64,000 bases of DNA from a virus, in the IMG/VR virus record IMGVR_UViG_3300034021_001440, positions 32,001-96,000 of that record; one strand, 5' to 3'. The translations under genes were made by a program, and so were the position numbers. Positions 19,370-28,842 of the stretch are shown here, piece after piece. Positions within the stretch are counted from its first letter, which is position 1, and each line of letters opens with the position of its first letter. Under the pieces are notes generated by a model. That model was not told the origin of the DNA, ran no database searches, and saw only the letters and a program-made list of their open reading frames with translations.

Positions 19370-20079
19370 TGTACGGTTCCAACTTTGATTTCAGTGGTGT
19401 TGTTCTTCCCGGCGCTGGCGGTCAAATCAACGCCAGCAACGCCATCAGTGGCGATCAACTTGCCAAAATGAATAAGACCGGTAAAAAATGGCGTCCCGAC
19501 GCAGATGGTTTTATGTCCAACCACAATGAGAACATCCTGAAGATGAACGCCGAGCACCGCGAAAAGCGTGCTGGGCTTGTCAATCGGGACTATAACGAGA
19601 ACGCTGACGGCAAAGATGCGATGAAGGAAATCTTCGATCGCAAAAAAGCTCGAATGTCTTCTTTCAAAGAGATGAAGAAGAATGAGTATGGCTTTGCGGA
19701 AGGGGACTCGCAAGACTCAGAGCTTCTGAGCATGCCCCTGCCAGCATTCAAAGACCACACCTGCAAAGGCCCTGGTTGCCCGATCTGCACCAGCCAGAAG
19801 TATGCGGAGATGTCATTCAGAGAGTGGAGCACCGAAAAGCGCAAGGCGCTCAAAGAGGGCAAAGTCAAGGGCGAATTTGCGGGTCCTGACATGAGCTTTC
19901 CGATTGCCAGCCCTGTGGATGTTGCCGCAGCATGGTCTTCTGTGGGCCGCGCCGCCAATCCTCGGGCCATCATGAAGCGCATCATCTCGATTGCCAAAAA
20001 GCATGGCTGGGAGTCGGGTCTCCCGGAGTCCGTCAAGAAACGTCTGGCAGCTGGTGAATCTGGTTTGCCAACGGAGTGA
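19366..20079 (+). CDS. putative head-internal protein
   Basis: Many [FYH]xE sites; C-terminal FAGPDMSFPI..VAAAW..GRA..LP domain of a type seen in phage head-associated proteins. Confidence 0.6.
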   Translation: MMYGSNFDFSGVVLPGAGGQINASNAISGDQLAKMNKTGKKWRPDADGFMSNHNENILKMNAEHREKRAGLVNRDYNENADGKDAMKEIFDRKKARMSSFKEMKKNEYGFAEGDSQDSELLSMPLPAFKDHTCKGPGCPICTSQKYAEMSFREWSTEKRKALKEGKVKGEFAGPDMSFPIASPVDVAAAWSSVGRAANPRAIMKRIISIAKKHGWESGLPESVKKRLAAGESGLPTE

Positions 20080-20082
20080 GCC

Positions 20083-20403
20083 ATGGGGCTTGACATTCTT
20101 GGCGTAGTTGCCTCAATTGCGACTATCATATCCGGACTCGGTTGGGTTCTTGACAGAAACTCCAAAAAGTTTGCGTCAATGCAACAAGCGAGTTCCGACA
20201 TGCTGACAAACTTTGGTGCCAAAGTTGAAAGACTCGACCAAACTCTCACCGAGGTTCGTCTCACTCTTCCAGAAAAGTATGTGACGAAAGAAGAGTTATT
20301 GATGCACATCCGGGGGGAAGAAACCTGGCACAATTCGATTGATCGCCGCCTTGACGATATCCGTGACGAACTTTCCTCCCTACGTGAATGGAGACACCGA
20401 TGA
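20083..20403 (+). CDS. single-pass membrane coiled-coil protein
   Basis: N-terminal hydrophobic helix, then coiled coil with LPEKYVTKEE. Confidence 0.65.
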   Translation: MGLDILGVVASIATIISGLGWVLDRNSKKFASMQQASSDMLTNFGAKVERLDQTLTEVRLTLPEKYVTKEELLMHIRGEETWHNSIDRRLDDIRDELSSLREWRHR

Positions 20404-20999
20404 ACTTTGATGACTACGACTGGGAACGCCTTGAAGGTCTTGGCTTTGCTGAGGATGCTCGTGAAGAGCTGAAGAAAGCATGTTGGAAAGGCTATGAGGC
20501 CATTGGTGTAAAACAAAAGAATGGGCGCACCGTGCCCAACTGTGTGCCTAAGAAGAAAAAGAAAAGTCTGAGTTCTAATCACGGGGAGCAGTTTGACATC
20601 AACAAGCCAAACGACATCAATGACATGGCCATCGGCAATGCCCTGCCGAAAGTGCCTGCCACCGGCCCTGTGAAAAATCCACAGATGGGTGAGCAAAAGA
20701 TTCGCATGCCTCGCATGGAAGAGATCAAAAAAGCCAACGCCAATAATGGGCAACTGGCCATGGCTGCTGCTCCCAACTATGCCGAGACTGAAGACTTCAA
20801 CGATGCGTTTCATTCCGACGAGCCAAATGCCCGGATGATCATCACGCAACTGCGAGTGATGCGAGAAAAGATTGACATCATGCTCGGAATGATGTATCCC
20901 GATGACAACTTTGAACCCTGGGTGGCAACCAAAATTGCCAACGCCGGAGTTGGAGTTGCCAGTGTTGCCGACTATCTTCGCTTTGGGGGAGAAACGTGA
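20400..20999 (+). CDS. putative head-internal protein
   Basis: CWKGY..KNGRTVPNCVP and EPWVATKI..DYL motifs familiar from cyanomyophage proteins. Confidence 0.65.
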   Translation: MNFDDYDWERLEGLGFAEDAREELKKACWKGYEAIGVKQKNGRTVPNCVPKKKKKSLSSNHGEQFDINKPNDINDMAIGNALPKVPATGPVKNPQMGEQKIRMPRMEEIKKANANNGQLAMAAAPNYAETEDFNDAFHSDEPNARMIITQLRVMREKIDIMLGMMYPDDNFEPWVATKIANAGVGVASVADYLRFGGET

Positions 21000-21328
21000 T
21001 GTTTGGATCATTTCCTGACGATGTGCTTGAGGATTTCTTTCAGAGCTATGCTGAAAGAATCGACAAAGACAAAATGCCTTGCAACAAACCCAAGGCACAA
21101 GCGGTGGGTGACTCACTGACTGGAAAGTCACATGTAGTCAAGGCATGCGCAAACGGCAAAGAAAAAGTCATTCGCTTTGGGCAGCGCGGTGTGAAAGGGT
21201 CACCAAAGAAAGAGGGTGAGTCCGCAGCATACGCAAGTCGTCGCAAGCGTTTCAAAACTCGGCACGCAAAAAATATTGCCAAAGGCCCCATGAGTGCGGC
21301 CTACTGGGCAAATAAAGTTAAATGGTAA
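20996..21328 (+). CDS. small basic protein with acidic leader
   Basis: KVIRFG..RRKRFKTRH..SAAYWANKVKW viral domain following YAE. Confidence 0.7.
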   Translation: MMFGSFPDDVLEDFFQSYAERIDKDKMPCNKPKAQAVGDSLTGKSHVVKACANGKEKVIRFGQRGVKGSPKKEGESAAYASRRKRFKTRHAKNIAKGPMSAAYWANKVKW

Positions 21329-21331
21329 CAA

Positions 21332-21339
21332 GGGTAAAA
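21332..21339 (+). promoter_or_regulatory. GGGTAAAA box
   Basis: 35 nt before ATG 21367. Confidence 0.7.
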
Positions 21340-21366
21340 CCCTACATATAATGTCTCTGTCCGGCA

Positions 21367-21891
21367 ATGCGAAAGGACTCCATCAACAATGAAGCCCTTG
21401 AAAAGGCTTATCTGATTTACAAAGAGCACGGTCACGAAATTGTTGACTATGACTTTTCGCACGCGCCGACCGACTATCAGCGGGGCACCGTGCGTGAGCC
21501 AGAGCAGGTCTCTGTCGTCGAAGGTGCTTTCAAAGAGCTGGTGAACCCTGCCAACGTTTCCAACGGTTTCCGCTATGAAGACCTGAAGAGCAAGGCTGAT
21601 GCCCTGGATGCTCGTATCGACGAGCAACAGAACAAGCTGCGTGTGTGTCGCCTGCGCGGAAACTTCCAAGAGTTTCACAGGTGTATGCAAGAAATGCAAG
21701 ATATGATCAAAGAGAAAGAGCGCCTTGACGCCAAAATGGCTGTCGCCGCTCCGGGTGGAAACGCCGGTCAAAAGCAAATGGATGACTATAATCGCACCTA
21801 CGATCAAAACGATAACTACTCTGAAATAACCAGCATTGCAGATCGCATCGCTGCCCTCGAAGAGCAAATCAAGGCATACATGGAGGGGTGA
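21367..21891 (+). CDS. coiled-coil protein with shared leader motif
   Basis: DSINNEALEKAYLIYKE leader; heptad pattern. Confidence 0.7.
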   Translation: MRKDSINNEALEKAYLIYKEHGHEIVDYDFSHAPTDYQRGTVREPEQVSVVEGAFKELVNPANVSNGFRYEDLKSKADALDARIDEQQNKLRVCRLRGNFQEFHRCMQEMQDMIKEKERLDAKMAVAAPGGNAGQKQMDDYNRTYDQNDNYSEITSIADRIAALEEQIKAYMEG

Positions 21892-23150
21892 TCCCCATGC
21901 TGTCACGCCAACCTACTGCTTCCGACATTCGATCTGCCAAAAGCCGTGCCACAGGGGGAGGACGGAAACGTTGCCGCCGTGGAAAGAATTGTTCCGCCGC
22001 TTGCATTCAAGCAAGCATGGTGTGCCTTGTTGAACTGCCAGAGTCCGCAGGTGTCAATCTTTCGAGGGCTTCGTCGTTCTTGAGCAAACGCGCACCGAGC
22101 TTGCCGAGCAGTATGAAGAGGGAACTTGCCGGGCTCGGTGGTGGTCCCACGGATGTATTGGACGTCAAAGCAAAAACAGTTGAAAGAAAAACAGAAGGCA
22201 AGCCGCCGTGGTCAGCCACAGGAAATACCAAGTGGGCACGAGAGGATGCCGAAGACTTTGACTCTGCCTTGGTCGCAAAGGGCAAGACAGAGCCGCTGCG
22301 AAGAGTGGGAGATAAATCTTATGACAAGTGGGATGATAGCTATGGGAGCGGTGCTTCAAAGGTTGGGGAAGGATCTTATGGAGCCGTCATTCGCAACAAA
22401 GACGGCACATATGTGAAGAGAGGAGCCATCTCTGACACCGAGGCCGAGTTGATTGAGCGGGTGGGGAGAGCAGATATCGGCCCTCGCCTGAAGGCAGCAG
22501 ACATTGACGGAAAACACGACTGGCACGACGAAAAATTTGTAGACGTGCGTGAAGGCCGCATCGCAATGACTGGTGTTCCCGGCAAGCCAATTGGTGACAC
22601 TGCCTTTCCGGATACAAAGCTGGGAGGGAGAAATGCCGCTGATGTGTATTGGGGTGCCCTTGGCAATTTACACCGGCTCGGTATTGCCCATAATGATGCG
22701 CACATTGATAACATCCTTGTGGACGACAAGGGCAAAGGGCGCTGGGTGGACTTGGGACTGGCACAGGCTAATCCAAAAGCAGCCTTTCTAGAAGCCTTTG
22801 GAACTTTTACACCGGCAAACAAGTCGGGAGGGTCCAACTGGAAAGAAGGAAATTGGCAAACTTCTCGATGGCGAGCAACCGGAGTTGAAGACTATTTCAA
22901 ACGAAATGACTTTGGAAGAGGAAAAGAGTTTCTTCAAGACGGAAAGTATAAAGAATTTCGTACAGTCGTTGAGAACCAGCCGAAAGTTCTAAACAAACTG
23001 AGAACTATGGGTTTCTCTGTTTCTGAAATTGACCAACTCATTAGAACTCCCATTCGCTCCACTCCGGAGACTTTTCAACAAGGCCCTTGGGCAAAAATGA
23101 CAGACACCCAAGCCAAAGAACTCATCAACATTTTCTACGATGGCATCTAA
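21888..23150 (+). CDS. basic Cys4 N-terminal module fused to a protein kinase-like domain
   Basis: CRRGKNCSAACI..C; GEGSYG, YVK, HNDAHIDN, VDLG. Confidence 0.8.
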   Translation: MIPMLSRQPTASDIRSAKSRATGGGRKRCRRGKNCSAACIQASMVCLVELPESAGVNLSRASSFLSKRAPSLPSSMKRELAGLGGGPTDVLDVKAKTVERKTEGKPPWSATGNTKWAREDAEDFDSALVAKGKTEPLRRVGDKSYDKWDDSYGSGASKVGEGSYGAVIRNKDGTYVKRGAISDTEAELIERVGRADIGPRLKAADIDGKHDWHDEKFVDVREGRIAMTGVPGKPIGDTAFPDTKLGGRNAADVYWGALGNLHRLGIAHNDAHIDNILVDDKGKGRWVDLGLAQANPKAAFLEAFGTFTPANKSGGSNWKEGNWQTSRWRATGVEDYFKRNDFGRGKEFLQDGKYKEFRTVVENQPKVLNKLRTMGFSVSEIDQLIRTPIRSTPETFQQGPWAKMTDTQAKELINIFYDGI

Positions 23151-23307
23151 AAAAGACGACAAAGACTATGGGATTTTGATGGCTCAGTACAAGAACTTGA
23201 GAACCAAAGACCCGGAGAACGCAATAAAATACCTTGAAGGCGCAATGAAGTTGCGAGAGCAAGGAAACGTGAGTGAAGATGCTGTGATAGGGTCTGCGTA
23301 TCTGTAG
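23140..23307 (+). CDS. 55-aa helical protein, absent from the ORF track
   Basis: MASKKDDKDYGILMAQYKNL..GSAYL; overlaps the kinase 3' end and fills the gap. Confidence 0.6.
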   Translation: MASKKDDKDYGILMAQYKNLRTKDPENAIKYLEGAMKLREQGNVSEDAVIGSAYL

Positions 23308-23308
23308 C

Positions 23309-23316
23309 GGGTAAAG
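23309..23316 (+). promoter_or_regulatory. GGGTAAAG variant box
   Basis: 56 nt before ATG 23365. Confidence 0.5.
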
Positions 23317-23364
23317 TTATGGAAAGCGTGTCTTCACACGCGCACAACTTTGCTCTTCAGCACG

Positions 23365-26300
23365 ATGGCAGCGACCAAGATTATTCTCAAGCGATCCTCC
23401 CTTCCCGGAAAGCGCCCCAATACCAATAACCTGGAAGCGGGGGAAATCGCCCTCAACACAAACGCGAACGAACCCGGTCTGTTTTTTGAAGTCACAGACG
23501 GGCAAATCGTCAAAGCTGGTCCGACTGCCTATCTGCCTGACGCCCCGACAGTTTCTCCAGCGCGAGGAGAACTGTGGGTTGACACCGACACAAAGTCCCT
23601 GAGTATTGGCACTCCCACAAACGAGTGGCAAAAAGTTGCTGCCCCGTTTCTGGGTGGCACTGCTGCCCTGACTGTTTTTGTTGCGCCCGATTTTCCGGAA
23701 GCCACTGATTCCTTGGCCAATGACGGTCAGTCCGTGCCGTTCGTGACAATCAACCGTGCCATTCTTGAGGTCACCAAGAAGATCATTCTCGACGCCAACA
23801 ATGGCTTGAGCAGCGGCAACAACCGCTATCTGATTGTTCTGGCTCCCAGTTCGCACTGTGTGGTCAATGGCCCTGGCGCAACTCTGGGTGAGTTCACAGC
23901 CAACTTTGATAGCCCTTATACAGAAGTCACTCAACAGGCCCTTCAACAGTTCAACGTTCCCACAGTTGGTGGTCTAATTCTGCCTCGTGGTGTGTCCATC
24001 ATCGGCATGGACCTCAAGAAAAGCGAGGTTCATCCAGTGTATGTGCCAAAATACACCCACCCTGCTTTCCCGATCAACTATAAGCAAACTTCGACTGGGC
24101 CGGTCTACCAGAACCAGCCCCTGTCCAGCATCTTCCGATGGTCGGGCAACACCTATGTCAGCAACTTCAACTGCTTTGACAAACTCACTGAGCGAGTGGT
24201 GAACTCCGTTCGTGTTGACGAGACGACGGGCGTGGCCATCTTCAGCAGCCCCCGCCCTCACGGTCTGAACTTCAACGATTTCGTTCAAGTCACATATTCC
24301 AACATCGCCGACCAGGCCGGAGCAACTTTTGCCAACGGCGCATACTATGCCAATCCAGTCAACTCGTTTGAGTTTCAGCTTTCTCTCAATAACTGGGAGA
24401 CTCTGGGCACCACCGGGGTATTGGCATCAACCCTGCCAACCTCGTTCACTCTGCCCGTCAGCAACGGCAAGGTGAAACTTCAGGTTGATAACATTTATCC
24501 ATACTACATTCCCTCGGACGGTGTTTCCTACGAGTTGTCGAACTACTCTCACCACCGTCTGAGTGTTTTCAAGAACTGCTCTCTCCAAGATCTCAACGAT
24601 TTCTACATCAAAGTTCAACTTGCTTTCCCAACTCTGTTCGGTGGCTCGGTTGACAAGAATGTGGCAACTGCTCCCGAGTATCAGATTGTTGCCGAGGCGC
24701 AAACTCTGTATCCCCAGAACATCCTGTCAAACAGCGCCTCAAACTCTTCCCCCTACGAGAACCAAGTCAATCACCGTTCCAACTATGGGATGGCAAACGT
24801 TGACGCAGACGGGGAAATTGTCAGCGGCTTCAAGTCAATCATCGTCAATTCTTCCACGGCGGTCATACTTCAGAAAGACCCTTGTGCTTATGAAGTCTAT
24901 GCCGACTCGGATCAGATCTGGCGCACTCTGACGACGACTGCGCAGTCCCGGATGCCTCTGGATACTCCGATCTGGTCAGTTCCCACAGATTTTCAGCTGG
25001 AGATTTTGAACGAAGCGTCCATTCCCAACATTCGTTATTATTACACAACCCTGCTGGTGACCTCGGGCCAAAGCACCGGCCTGACTGACATCGATAACGA
25101 TTTCCGTCACTTTGGTTTCCGAATTCGCGGTGCTGGCGCCTACATGCAGGCACAGTCCACCTACACAATCGGTGCTGCCATTGGTTGCTGGGCAATGGGT
25201 GGTGCCTTGATGAACCTCACCAGCGCAACTTCAAACTTCGGTTCCATTGCGTTTCAGGCCGAAGGTTTTGCCGGCATCGGCACCCTGGGTGGAGCAACTC
25301 AGGTGGGTCAAGGCTTCCTGCAATCTGGCATTGTTCGCCCTCTCGCTCTGACTGAGCCCCAGGTTGTTTCAGACTTCCAGAAGAAAATTCTTCCTCTCGG
25401 AAGCCGAGTGGTTCACATTGGCGACGATCCGACGAATGCCGAAGTGACCCTGATTTATCTACGTCAAGCATTTGATCCCGCAAGCATTCTGCCGTTCTCT
25501 CTCAAGCCGGGGAGTGCTGTGTTCCTGGGTGACGCCACATGCACATACGTTGCCTATTTTGTGGACAACGGAGAGCCCACCTGTATTCTATCTGAGTCCA
25601 ACCCTGCTGTCAACCCATACGCCCCTGGCGGTGCCATTCTGCGCGTCAGAAAGTCTGACTCCAACCTGCCCTCGGGAGGGGTGTCAGAAACTAGCTTCCC
25701 ATACATTCGCCGTTTCATTGACCCTCGCGCAGACACGGAAAAGTGCTACGGATTCTACGTGGAGTCCACCAACCCTGGCTCTCAAGCTCCGCAAACGGGA
25801 GCAGTGCTGCGCCTCAACCAGGTGGGCAAAGATCTGTCGACGACCATTAAGCGCAACTACCAGTTTGACCCTGGGCAGTTTGGTGGAATTGCACAGACTT
25901 TCACCGTTGACCAAGTTGAGACCGTTCAGTATAACTTCTCCCTCAACTATAACAACAAGGTTTCCGACTCGGCACAGTCCACAGCTTATGCGGTGTATGC
26001 GTCGTTGAGTGACAACTCGGGACCTTGGATTCAGTCGTATCCTGTGAATGGGGTTCAGGTTCCTTTCAACACTCAGGAAGGAAACTACATCACCAACAAC
26101 TACCGCAACTATTACGCAGCAGAGAATAACCTCTGGTCTGCTTTGTACTACTCGACAACTTTCAACCCCGAGAACGGGCCGACGAAAGTGTCTCCCAACA
26201 AGGCAGACTCACCGTTTGTGCCTGCGGCCATTCTGGATCGCCAGGAAAACATTCGGGATGCCTGGCAGGGATACGTTCCTGATCCGTACTACTCCTACTA

Positions 26301-28296
26301 CATCAGCGGTGTTCCTGCTGAGTACAACGCAGATATGACCTATCTACGTGGCACGGTTATTCCCCTCAAGGAGTTTTTCTCAGAGTACGTTGTTGACCAG
26401 GATAACGGCTCCGAAAGTCTTGGCATCATCTTCCACCGAGTTCCTGTGGAAGGCGCCGATACTGTCACGACCTCGGCTTCAGTTGCGGTTCAAACCGCAC
26501 AAGTCATGACGACTCCGTTTGTGACGAATCCAACGTTTGGCCGTCCCGAGATCATTCGTTTCAATGCGTTGAAAGTCTCGCAGCTTGAGAACCCGAAGAA
26601 CGGTATCTCCGTAATTCAAGTCACGAACGGACTCATCGGAGGACCGATTGAGTACATGCGAGTGATCGGACTTTCCTCGAACGTTATCACGGCAGTTCGC
26701 AACTACTACCCCGAATACGCCCAGGGTACTCTCCCTACGACGTGGCCTTCCGGTACAAAAATTACTCCTTGCGTGAGCACCGGGTATCCCGAACCCTCAG
26801 TCTATGACCCGGACTGGGCAACCACCAAGAACACAGTTCTTCGCTACTACGAAGTGATGGGCTTCGCTCGTTCCCTGGTGGCTCCTTTCCTGATTCCCCA
26901 GTATGCTGGGGAGCGAGTCCTGTACAATGCTACACTGCCTCTGGCTCCAATAAACGGGTACGCAAACACAGCAGCTCCGTGGCCTGTGGAGTTCAACAAC
27001 CCTTCAACCATTCTGGCAAACAATCACACCTGGACTTTTGTAGGATATTTCGACTATTCGCGTGGTTTGCCCAAGTATCAAACAAACGAACTCTCCCGGA
27101 AACTGGCAGCTGATTATCAGACTTATGGAACGTGGGGTGGCAAAATCACTTGCTTTGGTGCCGGGGAAAGCGGCGCTCTGGTTGTCTCTGGCGACTTCCG
27201 CGAGTCTGCCACACTGAACTATTTCCAGAACAACACTCCGCTTCAGAACTTCAACGATCGCGTTGTCTACGCTTCGCCGACTCCGATCGACTATCCCGCC
27301 CCGGTGCTGGTCTACTCCGTCGACGATCTCACCCCACAGTTCACTGGTGTCTACAATCCTTCAACAGGTCAAGTCACCGGTCAAACTTCGTTCGAACTCA
27401 AGCGCGGCGGATACCGAATCCCCGCATCCCAACTCTCCAACTTTGGTGTTTTGGTGTTCCTGGGCGGTGTTGCTCAGCTCCCCGTGACTGCCTACACAAT
27501 CAACGGTAGTGAAATCATCTTCACTGAGCCTCCCCTGGTTGGCACAGCTTGCGACATTCGTGTCATCACGACGGACGACCAAAACAAAACTCTGGAAGTC
27601 GTTCCCTTCGCCATCGGCGCACCTTTCAACGGTTCAAACGTCGATTTCCCCTTGACTCCGGACTTGGAGGGATTGACAAACGGCAACTCCCTGGTGTTCC
27701 TTGGTGGCGTTCTTCAGGACCCTCTCGGCCCTCCCACACAGACCGACTTTGCCTACACTGTTGTCAATGGCACTGGTGGTGGTTTGTCAATCTCGTTCAT
27801 TGGTGCTGCCCCGCAAAAAGGCACAACCATTGACGTTCGCGGTGTTCTTTCCGGCAACATCTATCGTACAGCCGGTGTGCCGATCGTGTTTATGTCGTCC
27901 ACGGACGAAATCTCCGACAAGTTTGACGGAGCTCGGACTGCGTTCCCGCTGGCGATTGATGGCGTTTCTCTAGATGCCTTCAAAGTCAATTCCGAGAACA
28001 TGCTCGTGAACCTGGGCGGTGTGATGCAGATTCCCATCGCCAACGCTGCAAGTTCTCAGCTGGGTCTGGCATACAGCGTCGGTGTGAATCCGTCCTCCCA
28101 AGTTCTGGAAATCACTTTCGCCGTTCCCCCAACTTTCGGCACGACTTGCAACATTCGCGTTCTGTCTCAGGATGAGTTCATCACTTGCCCGTTGCCTGAG
28201 CTGTTGATCAACCAGAACCTGAAAGCAGGTCCTGGCGTTGAAACTTCGATCGACGGAGAGCTGATTGGTCTGGATGAAGGTCTCATTGGCGGGTAA
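23365..28296 (+). CDS. large virion structural protein (baseplate wedge/fibre anchor type)
   Basis: VAPDFPEATDS..PFVTINRAILE and C-terminal DD...F.G....F.L..VFLGGV.Q.P repeats typical of cyanophage structural proteins. Confidence 0.75.
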   Translation: MAATKIILKRSSLPGKRPNTNNLEAGEIALNTNANEPGLFFEVTDGQIVKAGPTAYLPDAPTVSPARGELWVDTDTKSLSIGTPTNEWQKVAAPFLGGTAALTVFVAPDFPEATDSLANDGQSVPFVTINRAILEVTKKIILDANNGLSSGNNRYLIVLAPSSHCVVNGPGATLGEFTANFDSPYTEVTQQALQQFNVPTVGGLILPRGVSIIGMDLKKSEVHPVYVPKYTHPAFPINYKQTSTGPVYQNQPLSSIFRWSGNTYVSNFNCFDKLTERVVNSVRVDETTGVAIFSSPRPHGLNFNDFVQVTYSNIADQAGATFANGAYYANPVNSFEFQLSLNNWETLGTTGVLASTLPTSFTLPVSNGKVKLQVDNIYPYYIPSDGVSYELSNYSHHRLSVFKNCSLQDLNDFYIKVQLAFPTLFGGSVDKNVATAPEYQIVAEAQTLYPQNILSNSASNSSPYENQVNHRSNYGMANVDADGEIVSGFKSIIVNSSTAVILQKDPCAYEVYADSDQIWRTLTTTAQSRMPLDTPIWSVPTDFQLEILNEASIPNIRYYYTTLLVTSGQSTGLTDIDNDFRHFGFRIRGAGAYMQAQSTYTIGAAIGCWAMGGALMNLTSATSNFGSIAFQAEGFAGIGTLGGATQVGQGFLQSGIVRPLALTEPQVVSDFQKKILPLGSRVVHIGDDPTNAEVTLIYLRQAFDPASILPFSLKPGSAVFLGDATCTYVAYFVDNGEPTCILSESNPAVNPYAPGGAILRVRKSDSNLPSGGVSETSFPYIRRFIDPRADTEKCYGFYVESTNPGSQAPQTGAVLRLNQVGKDLSTTIKRNYQFDPGQFGGIAQTFTVDQVETVQYNFSLNYNNKVSDSAQSTAYAVYASLSDNSGPWIQSYPVNGVQVPFNTQEGNYITNNYRNYYAAENNLWSALYYSTTFNPENGPTKVSPNKADSPFVPAAILDRQENIRDAWQGYVPDPYYSYYISGVPAEYNADMTYLRGTVIPLKEFFSEYVVDQDNGSESLGIIFHRVPVEGADTVTTSASVAVQTAQVMTTPFVTNPTFGRPEIIRFNALKVSQLENPKNGISVIQVTNGLIGGPIEYMRVIGLSSNVITAVRNYYPEYAQGTLPTTWPSGTKITPCVSTGYPEPSVYDPDWATTKNTVLRYYEVMGFARSLVAPFLIPQYAGERVLYNATLPLAPINGYANTAAPWPVEFNNPSTILANNHTWTFVGYFDYSRGLPKYQTNELSRKLAADYQTYGTWGGKITCFGAGESGALVVSGDFRESATLNYFQNNTPLQNFNDRVVYASPTPIDYPAPVLVYSVDDLTPQFTGVYNPSTGQVTGQTSFELKRGGYRIPASQLSNFGVLVFLGGVAQLPVTAYTINGSEIIFTEPPLVGTACDIRVITTDDQNKTLEVVPFAIGAPFNGSNVDFPLTPDLEGLTNGNSLVFLGGVLQDPLGPPTQTDFAYTVVNGTGGGLSISFIGAAPQKGTTIDVRGVLSGNIYRTAGVPIVFMSSTDEISDKFDGARTAFPLAIDGVSLDAFKVNSENMLVNLGGVMQIPIANAASSQLGLAYSVGVNPSSQVLEITFAVPPTFGTTCNIRVLSQDEFITCPLPELLINQNLKAGPGVETSIDGELIGLDEGLIGG

Positions 28297-28298
28297 AA
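28291..28298 (+). promoter_or_regulatory. GGGTAAAA box
   Basis: Forms the Gly-stop of the upstream gene; 54 nt before ATG 28345. Confidence 0.65.
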
Positions 28299-28344
28299 AA
28301 GTATAGGTCCGAAAAACGGATATCACTCTGACATCTAGTCACCA

Positions 28345-28833
28345 ATGGCTACCACAAAGGTTACACCGATTCAACTACTGCGGTCGATTGTCCTCAACAA
28401 ACGTCCTGATCCAACAAAACTTCTGCCAGGGCAGCCCGCTGTAAATACAAATATCGCACAGCCTGGACTCTTTTTCGCCGATAACAGCGGGGCCACCCTC
28501 TTCAAAGTTGGTCCCTGCGCTGTCGGAGGCACTGCTCCCAACGCCGGAGCAACCGGTCCTGGCTCAGGAAACACTCTGGGCGAGCTTTGGTTGGACACTG
28601 GTTCAACTCCTGCTCACCCTGGTCCAACCCTCAAGGTTTGGGATGGTCTACAGTGGATCAATTGTCTTCCTTACACTTACGCAAACGCCATCGTCGCTGA
28701 CACTGCTCCGACCATCAGCGATCACATTCCCGGAACTCTGTGGTGGAACTCCACAACGGGTCTGATGTACATTCTGTACAATGATGGTAACTCCATTCAG
28801 TGGACACAAGTTTCTTCTAGCACCGTTTCTTAA
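28345..28833 (+). CDS. short tail fibre/adaptor protein
   Basis: N-terminus paralogous to the 23365 protein; GELWLDT and GTLWWNS modules. Confidence 0.7.
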   Translation: MATTKVTPIQLLRSIVLNKRPDPTKLLPGQPAVNTNIAQPGLFFADNSGATLFKVGPCAVGGTAPNAGATGPGSGNTLGELWLDTGSTPAHPGPTLKVWDGLQWINCLPYTYANAIVADTAPTISDHIPGTLWWNSTTGLMYILYNDGNSIQWTQVSSSTVS

Positions 28834-28842
28834 TGCAGTAAG

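Noticed and set aside
19590-21131. 513-aa minus-strand ORF
   Set aside because: Overlaps four well-supported, closely packed + strand genes; no protein motifs
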